A DNA stretch of 64,000 nucleotides from Eledone cirrhosa (taxonomy: Eukaryota), in NCBI GenBank assembly GCA_964016885.1, contig OZ024743.1:285696001-285760000 (forward strand), given 5' to 3'. Positions within the stretch are counted from its first letter, which is position 1, and each line of letters begins with the position of its first letter. This document shows, piece after piece, positions 50,721-64,000 of the stretch. The notes below the pieces were generated by a model. That model was not told the origin of the DNA and ran no database searches. It was given only the letters and a program-made list of their open reading frames with translations. Both the position numbers and the translations under genes were made by a program.

Positions 50721-51580
50721 GTCTCTAATTTAAAGAGCCAGCTTTGTCACTCATTCTGTCTGGGGATTGTATTAAGGGGACAAGTGTTTGTAAATCACTT
50801 AAACATAAACACTAATACAATGCAGGAGGTTCCATTGATTGGATATCTGGAATATTCATCATCAAAACTGATATAGGATCCATATGTATGTGTGCATATA
50901 TAAGTATGTGTGGACATATGTGTATGTGGAGGTGTGTGTGTGTTATTTCAGTTATTCATGGCTTTACTGATTATTTGTAGTAATGCTACATATATCTATC
51001 AACTGGTGGCCTTGGAATAAAGTGCAGGGCAATAAGATTTTAAGATAAGGAATTAAAACTTACAACCATTGCTTTTCATGTTTCAACCAACCATGCCATA
51101 TATTTCTTAATCTACTTGAACTCACACATACTTAAAGCAAACACATTCATATATGCACACACACTCGCATGCAAACGCAAATACTCATACATGGCTGCTC
51201 ATTTACTCATATACACACACACACATACTCATATTTATTTACACTCATATTTCTGTCACTCCCTACTATTTTGATCTGCTAATTTTTTTCACTTTATTCC
51301 AGATCTTTTCCATTAAATCTCTCATTTAGTTTTTATTCTCCATAACTAATTTTACAGATCAATAATTATAACTTTGCCTGATAAAACTTGTTCAGATTTA
51401 GCTCTTTCATTTTGTTCTCTCATGAATTCTAATGAATTTAATTAGCAATTTAAATTTGCTAATATACATGTTAAGGGCTTCATTATCACATTTCATAATC
51501 TTAACACCTGAATCAATGATTCCTCATAATCATACTAAGTTCTTACTCAAGATAGTACTATGTTCTTAACGTTCATTTAA

Positions 51581-51798
51581 CCCTTTTGATACCAAACTAT
51601 GTGATACCATTTTGGTTCTATGATACAAAACTGTTTATTTTAAAATGTTTATATTTATCTAAAAACCTTCCATCACAATTTTATGTAAGAACCTTTATGT
51701 TCCAAATACTAGCTTAATAATGAGAAAGTTATTTATATTACAAAATTGTTTGAAACTCATAGGCAGTGTCTTTCATTAGAAATATGATAATGAAAAGG
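51581..51798. mobile_element. piggyBac-type MITE family 2-related, complete
   Basis: TTAA|CCCTTTTGATACC...ATAATGAAAAGG|TTAA. Confidence 0.8.
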
Positions 51799-53380
51799 TT
51801 AAACTTCAGCTAAGCTCTATATTTTATATGAAGAGTCTGGAGAAATAGAACTGACTTACAAGCAGATCAATAAAGTAAGTACCAGTAATATAATAAAGTC
51901 AATTCAATCAATTATATCCCTTACCATTAATTTGATGTTTAGGCTTTATGCATTTATTAGGCTCTAAAAGCAGTGCTACCTAGACTTTAAGCTCCTGCAT
52001 CAGCTTCTGAATGGAAATTTCATTGAGAGGCCTTTGTGTATTTATGGTATCAAAACAATTGTGTGGTCCCTGGCTACAGCGCTTTCAGACCACCCTCTTC
52101 TCCCCTAATCCATCACTGCTGATAAGATCATAGATAACTTGTCTTTACTACTTTTTTAATCCCTGCTGTAATTGCTTATTTTTAAAAAAATGTATGTTAT
52201 TCATATTATTAGCATTTGCAACACTATAATTTATAATTGTCCATGCTCCATTAACTCCTATATTTGAGCTCTTTCACATTTCTGTAATAGCACAGAGTAG
52301 AACACATTTTTTTAAACATTTCATAAGTACCAATTTCAAGCCACAAGTGCATGTGCACACACACACACACACACACAGTGCAAGTAATATGTAAATAGCA
52401 GTGGACTTGTTATTTGTTAGCCTAAAGCAGTAAGTGGAAATCTTAGACTTTAGAACATTTGTTTATATAATTGGCATAATATGTGGAATGACGGAGACCT
52501 TAAATTAGCTATTCAGATTTATAGATTGAGCAGAGTGGAATACCAACAAATTATATATATATATAATCATCGTTTAACGTCCATTTTCCATGCTAGTATG
52601 GGATATCAAACTACATATCTAAAAATTCTTGATTTAATGTAGATGTCTTGCTTTTGGTACAAGGTTACAAATCCTATAATGAAAGGTACTCAAAATTGTG
52701 TGATGAATATGTCCCCACTAAGAAATTAAAACCATTCTTGATTTAAAATATGAAATTATTTTCTTTCTAAACTAAACTAAAGCTGGTCCTTTTTTTTTCT
52801 CTCTATGAATGGATTTTGACTTTGCTTTGTTTCTTTTTTGCCATTAATTCTTTATAAAAGTTTTAGATCTTGGCATTACAAACCACAAAATTAGTTTTAG
52901 TTAATTTGATACTCTTCCAAGTAATTTTGTTCTTGTCTTACTTACACAGATGTCACAAAAAATGTTGAAGGTGTTCTAAAACACCAAGGCTGACACTTTA
53001 TCTACTCGGCCATTAGAATTCCTATTTATGGTTTCAGATCATTATAGTTATTTTTGATTTCTCAATTACTTCACACACATGCCACATTAAAGCTTCTTTG
53101 AGCAATTTTATATTTAGCAGAGATTCAATAATATCTAACACTTTAATTATCCAGCTTGATTGGTAATCAACTTTGGTGTTCTTCAGCTTAAAGTGCCAAG
53201 GTTTTCAAATTAGATCAAATATAGAGATAAAACAGAATTTGTAAGAGACACAATAGCACAATACATAGATAATGAGTTTATATCTACTTGGTTGACTTAG
53301 TTGAAAACCTGAGATATATTTAGCTATATGGCACTTTGTTAGATTATCATTTAATGTCTTTAGCAGGAAAAACATGTTAA

Positions 53381-53593
53381 CCCTTAAGCATTTAAACCAG
53401 CCATATCCGGCCAGAAATCCCTCACCTCTTTCAGTTTAAACTGGCTGAAACCAGCCACTCATACTGATATTAAGGTATTGTTCTCAAAATAAATATCAAA
53501 ATCTCATAGATTCGATATTATGTGTGATAATTATGTGAAGTAAAGCCTTTACCATGAAAATACAATAGTACATATAATGTAAATGTTAAAGGG
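53381..53593. mobile_element. piggyBac-type MITE family 1, complete
   Basis: TTAA|CCCTTAAGCATTTA...TAAATGTTAAAGGG|TTAA; collinear with 34326-34544. Confidence 0.88.
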
Positions 53594-54435
53594 TTAATTG
53601 ATGATGATATATCAATGGGCCATTATGGCTCAATATATCTCAGGTTTTCCACTCAGCTAAGTGTTGTCATCCATGTGTTGTTCCATTGTGTCTCTTATAA
53701 ACTCTGTTTTATCTCTATATTTCATTTCAACCTTTTCAGCCTTAGAGGACCCAGATTAACATGCAAGTTCTTCCACAACAAACCATTTGAAAATGTTGAA
53801 ATTGTAAAATCCAAATACCTTTTCTGTATTTCCTTTTCACTATTGCAATAGCAGCCATTATGAAGATATAAAATGGTTGGCACATCAAGAGTTCTAGTTA
53901 AAATAATTATATATAATGTAGTCATTACATAACTTTGGATAGAAAAGGTAAGGGCTTAAATTAATAAAGTTCCAAGAGAGACAAACATTGAATGGGAGCT
54001 TGCCGTGGAAAGTAAGTCTGATCTTTGGCACCTTCGATGACAGTGCTAGAGTGGTTTCAGTCATATTAGGTCTCCTCAGCAATGCTTAGTTTTACCAACA
54101 ACACTTCCTAAGCTCAGAAGTTTCAAGATTGATTATTTTTACAAAGTAGATTGAATTATTCAATGATAAGCAATTTCTCAAAATCTGAAGTCATCTAACA
54201 GCAGTCATAGGATACAATTTTAATCACTTTCTTTGATCTGTAAACTTTCACTATGATAAGAGACGGACATGTACTGTACTATAAAACTGTGATCTAGCAT
54301 ACTCTGACAACCCCTTTTCTGTACTCTCTGGGTAATCTCATTACCCCTCTTCAGGTAGGACTTCCTATTTTAATTCATATAACTTATTTGTAAATTCTCA
54401 TTACAAAATTTCATAAAGGTTGTTCTTCCATATTA

Positions 54436-54740
54436 TGGATGGCAGAGTTGTTAGAACATCAAATAGAATGATTTACAGTATTTGGTTTGGTTTTCTGTGC
54501 TCTGAGTTCAAATCCCACCAAGGTCAACTTTTATCTTTGTGAGGTTGATTAAAAAAAAAACACCAGTCCAGTACTGCGGTTGGTTTTTCTTCTCTATCAC
54601 TCTCTTTCCTAACTCTGGAAGAAATTGACAATATTCAGATCTGGAGAGGGGATGGGCTCCACCAGGTTTAAACAAAATTCCCTAAAAATGCCATATATCA
54701 CTATAGTACCACTACAACTCTACCAGGAGTGACTGGTCCA
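54436..54740 (+). mobile_element. Composite SINE: Deu/Nin-like head, CT-rich linker, alternative tail
   Basis: CTGAGTTCAAATCCCACCAAGGTCAACTT head, then CTGGAGAGGGGATGGGCTCCACCAGGTTTAAA tail also seen near 21800, 36350 and 43450. Confidence 0.6.
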
Positions 54741-55719
54741 TATATACATATTGTAACAATAATTCGGAATTTTTACTCTTTCTATGTATTTGTATGTGTT
54801 CAGATATTTATGGTAGTTTGTGTCTCTGCAGATTTGTGCATGTTTACACATATGAGAATAAGTGTGTATGTATTCTTCTAATATTGTCAAATATTTTACA
54901 CTAAATGATATAACAAACTATGCACTCTAAGTTATTTCACAATGTAAAGAATGTCAACTTCTGCTTTCAATATAACTGTTGCATTTATAATCAGGTGTAT
55001 GTATTTAAATGTGTAATAATAAGAAAAAGGAAGACACTCCCTAGTTATCAACAATATTTCATTGGGTGTGTTCTACTTTTCTCATCCAAACTGAATATAA
55101 AATAAAAAGAACTAAAATCTGATTAATGGTTTACTGCATCCTATCTGCCACATCAAAGAAATAAGACTTTAGTAGTTGCATAGTTAAAAGACTAGACTGT
55201 AGATCATAAGGCAGCAACTTTAAACCATGCTATAATTGCTCCTCCATTATGCATGGTATGAAAAATGGACACACCACGCATTTATGGTTGACAAATAAAA
55301 ACAATAGAAAGGACATTCAGCTATAAAATGTATTCATTTATCCTTACAATCCATATACAAATATTTGTTTTTACTCCTAATATGGAGCTGTAATATATTT
55401 AGTATAAGGGTTTTCGTCAAAAGTAAAGAGTTTAAAGGATAATTGTAAAAATTGAAATATATTGAATCAGTTTACTTCTGTGTTTTTTGCTGTTGTTTAG
55501 CCCCAAGTCTGCCTATGATCAAAAGCATGTCAGCCACAATCATCCCATTCCTTTCTCAGTCATCATACGTAACTTTAGGTATCTTATTTACTATGGTAGG
55601 GTTGTGATTTAAGGAATATTTGTTCCTTTCTAAAATTCACTGTTAGCATATTTAATGAATATTTAATTACTATTTTAAGCAAGCCAAGCAACCACAGAGG
55701 TGTTCTTCTTTCTCTTCCT

Positions 55720-56720
55720 TCTCCGCCCACTTATTCCTGCGAGAGTTGTGGGGGCAGAGTACTCAAGCACGCCTTCCAATGGGTCCTGTTAGAAGAACCA
55801 TCTCCATTTGTTCCAGCTAGATCCCCAAGCAAGACCAGCTGAGCTCATGGATATCCATCTATTTTTCTTGGGGTCTACCCCTGAGTCTCCTACCAGTTGG
55901 TTTTGCCCATAAAATCTGTCCTGCAATTTTTTCTTGGGGCATTCTAACCATATGTCCATGGTATCAGAACTGTGACCTCTCAATTTGGAGAAGTAGCAGC
56001 TCTACCTGGTGTGACTTTCTGATCTCCGAGCTACAAACTCTCCTGAGTAACTTACTTTAAAGACCCTTCAGAGGAACCCAATATTGGCACAATCATATTC
56101 TTTTGGCCATTATTCAAGATTCATGATCATAGGTAATTCAGCTCTTACCTTCCATCACTCGTGAATATGCCCCAAGATACTTGAACTCTTCTACCTGCTT
56201 CAGTGGAACCCCACTCACATGTAGAGTGCATTGTGTTGGCTTCCTTACGAGAAGGAGTATCTCATTCTTTGCAGCACTGATTTTCGTTCCTGCCATGCAA
56301 CACTCTGCAGCAAACCTATCAAATACATGTCAGAGATCACCTTCTGACAAGTAATACCATGCCACCCGCAAATTCCCGCCAATTGATCCTACACCTGCCA
56401 GTCTTGAAACCACTCCCAACCCAGCTGTGAATGTCAATCCTGTCCACAAGGATTATGAACAGAAGTGATTACAACAGGTCCCATGGAACATGGACATATG
56501 CCTTTTTGAAGTCTCCAAAGCAAGCATACACCTCTTGCAGTACTCCCATGATTTCTCAAAGACCTGCTGCAGCGTGAATATTTAGTCAGCTGTGCTGCAT
56601 CCAGGATGAAACCCACATTGTTCATCGGTTAGCTTGGACTCAACAATTTTCCTACATCTGTTTGACAGATACTTAGCACAGACTTGTCTACCTTTTTAAA
56701 AATTGGGATTATCACTCCCG
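55720..56720 (-). mobile_element. Old Expander/Rex3-like RTE LINE fragment
   Basis: Hand translation: FAAECCMAGTKISAAKNE..CTLHVSGVPLKQVEEFKYLG and LLLQIERSQ..GHMVRMPQE..PTGRRLRGRP; no PHD-like insert. Confidence 0.8.
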
Positions 56721-56883
56721 ATGCCATTGGTTAAGTTCCTTTCCAGATCCACACCACCCAGCACAAACAATTTAAGGTTTTTAACATCTCTGGCCAAATT
56801 TCATCCTCCCTAAATGGCCTTGCCACATTTGAGCTCTTTAATTGTTTGTGAATTTTTTTTTTTAAATTTAATAAATGTCATAG

Positions 56884-59428
56884 CATCATCATCATCACCG
56901 TTTTACGTCCGTTCTTCCATGCTAGCATGGGTTAGACGGGTTGTCCTGTTGTGGGCAGTGTCTGGTCGGCTGACCATGCCTTGCTCATACAGGAACTGAT
57001 TTTGGCTTGATTTCTACAGCTTGATGCCCTTCCTAAGACCAACCTCATTTACAGTGCTGGGTGCTTTTTTCCGTGGCGCCTACACGGCCACTTTACAGTG
57101 GGAGGGTGTGGGGCATATTGTCTATATGCTTCAGCTTGTACCCATGGGAGGTTGGGTACTCTGTATTACTGTGTGACGCCAGAGGTCACGGTCGTGTGTC
57201 ATCGCCTTTGAGAGGTGTAATTGGGTAAGGTCGGCTTTTATCACCTCATCCCAGGTCTTCTTGGGTCTCCCAACTCCGCTGTTTCCATTGACTTCTAGTG
57301 CTCTGCACCTTTTTATGCAGCTGTCATCCTTCATACGCATCACATGTCCATACCAATGCAACCGCTTCTCCTGCACACAGCATCTGATTCCTCTTATGCT
57401 CAGTCTCTCTCTCAATTCATTTATGCTTTGCCGTTCACGTATATTACTATTACACATCCATCGGAGCATGCAGGCTTCGTTTCTTTCTAATCTACGTAAG
57501 TCTTCCACCTTCAGTGCCCAGGTCTCACCATGTAACATTGCTGTTCGTATACACACATCATACAGTCTGCTTTTCATTTTGTGGGAGAAGCCTTTTGCAG
57601 CTAGCAGTGGTAGTAGTTCCCTAAACTTCTTCCATCCCGTTCTTACCCTAATTATTGTACTTTCTGAACACCCACCTCTGCTGCTAATTCGGTCACCAAG
57701 GTAGCAGAAGCTGTCTACTGTTTCTACAGAGCCCTCCCAGAGATTGGTGGTACTTGTTTCCTGTGGCTGTTTGCTGCTTGCTGTCCCAGCACAGCTGCTA
57801 CATGTGAAGCCTACATTCTTAATTAAGCTTCCTGAGATCCCGCTACATCTCTTGTGTACCCAATGTTTGCATTTGGGCAGAGAATGGAGTTCCTACCTAC
57901 ACCTTTCCTACATACTGAGCAAGGCCATTTCCCTGAGGGGATCTGGGTTCTGTTTTCTAGTCTACTTACAAGGACCTTAGTCTTTGTCAGGTTGACTTTG
58001 AGACCCTTTCTTTCTAGTCCCTGCTTTCAAGTTTGGAATTTATTCTCTAGTTCTACCATAGATTCAGCTATAAGTGCGAAGTCATCTGCATACAGGAGTT
58101 CCCATGGGCATCCGGTCTTAAACTCCTCCGTTATTGCCTGCAGGACTATGATGAACAGGAGAGGGCTAAGAACAGAGCCCTGGTGGACACCAACCTCTAT
58201 GCTAAATTCCTCGCTATACTCATTGCTAATTCTAACTTTGCTGACTACTCCCCTATACATGGCTTGTACGGCTTTCACAAGCCATTCATCCACTCCTAGT
58301 TTTCTAAGAGCCCACCAGATTATAGCACGTGGAACTCTGTCAAAGGCTTTCTCGAGATCGACGAATGCCAGGTAGAGTGGCTTACTTTTAGCTTGGTACT
58401 TTTCCTGTAACTGCCTCACAAGGAAGAGGGCATCAGTGGTGCCTCTTCCTGGTACAAACCCAAATTGCATCTCATCTAGTTTCACCCGGTCTCTAATCAA
58501 CTGTGCTATAACTCTTTCTGTTACTTTCATGACCTGGTCCATCAGCTTTATACTTCTATAGTTTCCTCTATCTAGTGCATCACCTTTACCTTTGTAGCAG
58601 TTGACAATGATGCTACTGCACCAATTTTTTGGTATGACACATTCTAGTATTACCTGGTTAACAATACATGTGGTTATAGTGTGACCTACAGATCCAGATG
58701 CCTTCAGCATCTCGGCAGCTATACCCGATGGACCGGTTGCCTTCCCCATCTTCATATCTTTGATTGCCTTACTACGCTGCTGCTGACTTGTACTGCTGGC
58801 CCCTCTATAGGGTCTACTTGGGGTAGGGTCTCTTCTTCCCATGCATTCTCCTCATTTAGTAATCTATCATAATGGCTCTTCCATACATCTTTCTTCTCAG
58901 CACTTGTGAGGGCAAGCTCACCTTTATCATTCCGGATACACTTCTCTCCAATGACATCACAATTCTCTCTGACACACTGCCTCCCAATCTTGAACACCTC
59001 CTGTTTCTGGTCCTCACGTTGCAAAACATGCTTGAATCTTCTACCCTCTGCTTCACTCCTAGCTAAGTATACTTGTCGCCTAGCTTCCCTCTTGGTCTCT
59101 ATGTAATGTACCCTGCTTCCCCCGTTCTTCCATTCTTTCCATGCCTGTCTCTTGGCCTTAACTGCCTCATCTACCTTATTGTTCCACCACCATGTCACTC
59201 TCCTCCTGCTTGTGGTCTTACTCCAGCCACAGATCTCATCCGTCGCCTCTAGTAAGTTATTTTTTAGGAACTCCCAATGCTCTTCTACATTGAATGTCTC
59301 TATCTGTTCTTCTTTACTGTCGTAGGCGTTGAGTAATATATCTGTAAATCTGTTACTGGCTGAGGGGTCTTTCAGCTCCCAGATCTTTCCTCTCCAGGTT
59401 GGCCTCTGTTTCCAGGCTCGTCTAAAAT
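56884..59428 (-). mobile_element. 5'-truncated RTE LINE family B (tether, RT, PHD-like finger, C-terminus, 3'UTR)
   Basis: ORFs 58752-59438, 58027-58842 (FVDLEKAFDRV, GVHQGS, YADD) and 57131-57577; (GAT)n tail. Confidence 0.95.
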
Positions 59429-59493
59429 CTAATTCCATACTTTTTGTTTGATCAATAATTTCATTTTAAGACATTTTAGTTTTACATGTACAA

Positions 59494-59669
<176 letters not shown>

Positions 59670-60908
59670 CCAATTCCAAGTAACTTATTTATACATTACC
59701 TAATGACAGTTTCAGAATAGAGTTGATTACTAAAATTTAGGGCATCATCATCATCATTATTCAACATCTGCTTTTCATGCTGACATGAATTGGGTGGGTT
59801 GTCACTGTTTGTGATTGGATGGTTTGGAGAACTTTATGTTGCTGATATGTTCCATTTTTGGCATGGCTAAATGCCAACCACATTACAGAATGTACAGGGT
59901 GCTTTTTATCATGGCATCAGCACTACAGAGGGTGTTATGTTCTCTGCAGCACTCTTAACCCTATATTGTCTCAATTCTACTATATTGCTACTAATTTACA
60001 GAGTGTATTAGGTGCATTTTATTGTGACACCAGCAATTATGAGTTTGCCTTGGGACTCACAAGACTAACAAGTACTCACTGCTCTACATTGTCTCTGTTC
60101 AATCATGGCGAAGTGACCCAGAGGCCGACCGAGTACAAGAAACAGCAGTGATGGAAGATCCATTATAAGTGACTGAGAGGTGTGTGGAGTGATGGGGAAA
60201 GACAGTGTAGGAGATACTAGAAGATTGTTAGGAATGGGTGAGGAGGGCAGTGTAGTGGGGAGGGTGGGGGGGAGAAATTACTTGTAATAAAAAAAATAAC
60301 TGATAAAATTTAAACTGTATATATTTTTAAGAAATTTTTTTGCAGATGCTCGTCATGTATGTATGTGTCCCTGTGGCTGTGTTTATGTCCTATAAAGTAG
60401 CAGTTCAATAAAATAAGTACAGCGATTGATATGGTCATCTAATTTAAGGTAGGGTCCCCCAGCATGGCTGCTGTCCAATGACTGAAACAAGTAAAAAGAG
60501 TAAAAGACCATAATTTGCTAAACTCTGTTGGCTCTTTTTATAAAATAATATTTGCTTTATGAACCTTGAGTGGAAGGAAAATAAAGTTGACTCCACTGGG
60601 ATTTGAGCAAAGAACAGTCAGGCAAATAATCTTAAATACAATAAAAACATCAAACACACACACGTTCTTTTATTCTCATAATTTTGTAATAGCCTGAATT
60701 ATAGTTGTTTAGTTTTGAGATAAATAACATTCTGAAACCAAACACAATAAAATTGTACTTTTATACATTCCCTTTCCAGAAAAAATAGAACTTTGGAAAG
60801 GAAGGTTTTGTAAATTTTTGAATGCCAAATATAATGACTATTATTAATATCAAAGATTTTTGACCTAGATTTTTGTTAGAATAAATTCTCAGTAACTAAA
60901 CAGCTTTT

Positions 60909-60910
<2 letters not shown>

Positions 60911-60970
<60 letters not shown>
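60911..60970. repeat. (TA)n microsatellite
   Basis: Read directly. Confidence 0.98.
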
Positions 60971-60974
<4 letters not shown>

Positions 60975-62972
60975 TGTTTGTTCATTAGCTTTTTCCTTAA
61001 AACAATCAGCAATGCTGATGTCATTATTATTTTGATAGACAAGAGAGGGTGGTTTATCATGGTTGGGATGTAAAATGATGATCATTCAGTAATACACTGG
61101 GTAATTGCTGGCCTTGTGCCTAACGTAGAAACAATTATTATTAAACATCCGTTTTCCATGCTTGCATGGGTTGGAAGGGTTGTCATGGTCCAACTCAGTT
61201 CTTATTCAAAGTTATCCTCTAGACAGACTAGAAGACCACGTCCAACTTGTACATTCCAATTTTTTACGTTTTCTATGATTGGCCTTTATAATACCAAGCA
61301 CTTTAGAGAATGTTTTATTCTGGCACTAGCACTAGCATTAGAGAGGTCATGTTCCAGCTAAGACCAAAAGGCCTCCTTCTTTATCTCTTTTTGATTACCA
61401 GCCACTTTACAAAACATACTGGTGCATTTAATTTCAGCACTGGCATTAGAGAGGTCGCGTAAGGCTAAATAATCTTCTCTTCTCTGTTGTATCTGTTCAT
61501 TCAAAGCAAGAGGGTAAATGAAAAACAGAGTATAAGTATGAGGGAGTGGGTAAACAGAGATATAAGCAGGAGGGAGTAATGAAAGAAAGACAGTGATAGC
61601 TACATGGTAAGGATATTGAATGGCTGACATGATGGGTTATCTGTAAAGACGAGTAAGAGAGCAAATGGTGGGTAGGATTATAGATGGCAATGGTGACTGA
61701 TAAATGTCAATGAAGTGGGACATGGAAGAGAGTAATGACTAGCAGTAATGAAAGGTGATAGTAGAAGGTATTGAATACAGACAGATCTGATGCCAATTTT
61801 CATTACATGTGATGGATACATGGTAGAGTAATAGAGAATAATTGTGGAAATATTGAGATTATAAATATTATTTGTTTAGAAAACAAACGAAATTATAAAT
61901 GAAAACTAGATTTTCCTGATATCTTTCAAATATTAAGTACTCAACCAAAATAAATAAATAAAAATCATTGAATTTGTTCTGTTCACAGTATAGTATATAA
62001 ATATTTTAGTCTTGTATCCCTTTATTCAGATCTCTGTTTAAAATGACTCACCAGGTTTGCTTATTGTTTACATATCTTATGCAGTTTTTTTCTGCTCTGC
62101 TATTCTTTCTCAATATGGTTTTTCATAACTGAGCTGTTGTTTAATTCTGAGCCAGCCCTGATCAAGCTAACCTACCACTCAAGGTATATTAACCATAATT
62201 GTCTCATCTTTTATCCAATCATAGTATATTTAGTGCTACATTATCTAATGCATGCTTTTCTAAGAGCATAGTGTATTTGAGAAAGATTAACTGTTATCTC
62301 TATCAGGTCAAGCAACCACATTGACTCTCTCATATGGCTATCATATTGTGTCTTAATAGTCATTGCTCTTGTTTATTTCCAAGTCAACCCTGATCAACAG
62401 AGCTATGATCAAAGGAATTCTAATTGCGATTATCTCATCTTTTTATCAACCACAATCCAGGCTGTGTTGTCTCACTACTTAGATTCATGAATTATTGGTG
62501 CATGATGCTTATAACCCAAAATCGTCTTTGACACCTTACCCTGACTGTAACCATATTAATTTATTAAATCATTATTTCAATCTTATGTTGTGGGAGAAGG
62601 TCCATACCTAATGAGACTTATATTAGGTATCGCTATGAATTTTTGAAAATATCTATGTACAGTTGATTTTTTACATGTATTTTTAGACCTGGCTAAATCC
62701 AAAAGTACAAGCCACAGGGACTTGAGTTTTGGCACAAATTATCCGACTGTATGCAAAATCAAAAAAAAAAAAAAAATCACAATTACACTATATAATTTTT
62801 ATTGGCAAAATTTGACCAATATTTCTCAAAGAAAAACGAAAACTTTGATCTTGCTCTCCACATATTAAAACAGTGAAAGTGAATAAACAACATTCTCAAT
62901 ATGATGATTCTATTCTAATTTTGGACTCTAGAAGACTTATGTAGTTCAATTTAGTGCATTTTTTCATAGACC

Positions 62973-63594
62973 TCATCATCATCATCATCATCATCATCAT
63001 CGTTTAATGTCCATCTTCCACGCTTGCATGGGTTTGGACGGGAGTTTTCCCACTTGAGGCAAGTGTGGTTGTCTTGCTCGCATAGGACTGTCTGGCGGGT
63101 TTTCTACGGCTGGATGCCCTTCCTAACACCAACGACGTTTACAGTGTGGAACTGGGAGGTTTTTACCGTGTTACCTACACGCCCACATTACAGCGTGGAC
63201 TGTGTGTTTTTTTGTCGTGACACCTACACGACCTCATTTGTTTCGGACTGGATGTTGTGGTACCAACATAACTTTACATTGAAAGGGGTGGTGTATTTTG
63301 TAAGAGGTGCCTACTGACTGTAGTAGGTTTCACTTTGTACTTAGGTAAGGCGGGTCTTCTGTATTACTGTGTAGCGCCAAAGATCTCGGTCCAGTGACAT
63401 TGTCTTGGAGAGGTGTAAGTGTGTGAGGTCGGATTTTATCAAGTCGTCCCAGGTTTTTCTGGGTCTGCCTACTCCGTGGCTACTGTCTATTTTTATTGCC
63501 CTGCACTTTTTTATACAGCTGTCGTCTTTCATGCGCATCACGTGACCATACCAACGTAGTCTTCTCTCGAGTAAACATCTGATCCCTCTTATTT
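62973..63594 (-). mobile_element. Short 3' fragment of RTE LINE family A
   Basis: ORF 63341-63541, 3'UTR and (GAT)n tail matching 3074-3700. Confidence 0.95.
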
Positions 63595-63948
63595 CTATGT
63601 TTATTTAACAATTAAGTTGTCAATTTCTTGAAATTCTGTAACAAACTTGATATTGGAAGCCTTGGATTTGTGTTCCATTTCAGCTCTCACCGCATGGGAG
63701 TACACCATTTCAACAAGTAGCGTCAATATGTGTTACGAACATCCATGGTATTCCCCTTTTTATTGACTTTGCACTTTTGTGCCATCTCATGGCCAGAATC
63801 GGCAATGGCTGTATTGAGAAATTGTGAGAATTTTTTCTTTTTTATGGTATAAAAATCTTGAAAAAAATGTTTTTTTCTAAGTGAAAATTAGCGATAAAAT
63901 TTTCACTTTTATATTTCATAATGATTATCTGACCACGCCCATCGATTT

Positions 63949-63949
63949 T

Positions 63950-63988
<39 letters not shown>

Positions 63989-63991
63989 TTA
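63949..63991. repeat. (TTTA)n microsatellite
   Basis: Read directly. Confidence 0.95.
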
Positions 63992-64000
63992 AAATAAAGC

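Noticed and set aside
62600-63950. Possible DNA transposon surrounding the last RTE copy
   Set aside because: No matching TIRs or TSD could be identified by eye.

Overview
AT-rich eukaryotic genomic DNA with no prokaryotic operon, rRNA, tRNA gene or CRISPR array. The SINE types resemble those I associate with Octopus, so a coleoid cephalopod is likely (inference). The window is dominated by transposons. These include two related RTE-clade LINE families with (GAT)n tails and a PHD-like finger inside ORF2, an older Expander/Rex3-like RTE, and decayed Ty3/gypsy, R4/Dong-like and Penelope elements. There are also two non-autonomous Helitrons, piggyBac-, mariner- and hAT-type MITEs, several tRNA-derived SINE types and microsatellites. 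Almost all long ORFs in the supplied track are RTE fragments or their antisense shadows. A chain of four short, phase-compatible + strand exons (11.1-19.1 kb) may be the 3' end of an unidentified membrane-protein gene; one of them begins with a perfect donor (AG|GTAAGT), the signature of a recursive-splicing exon. Other notable structures are a three-level nest (MITE > RTE-A > antisense RTE-B), a microhomology fusion of two opposed RTE copies, and a fold-back palindrome at an inversion breakpoint. All calls were made by eye and no database searches were run.
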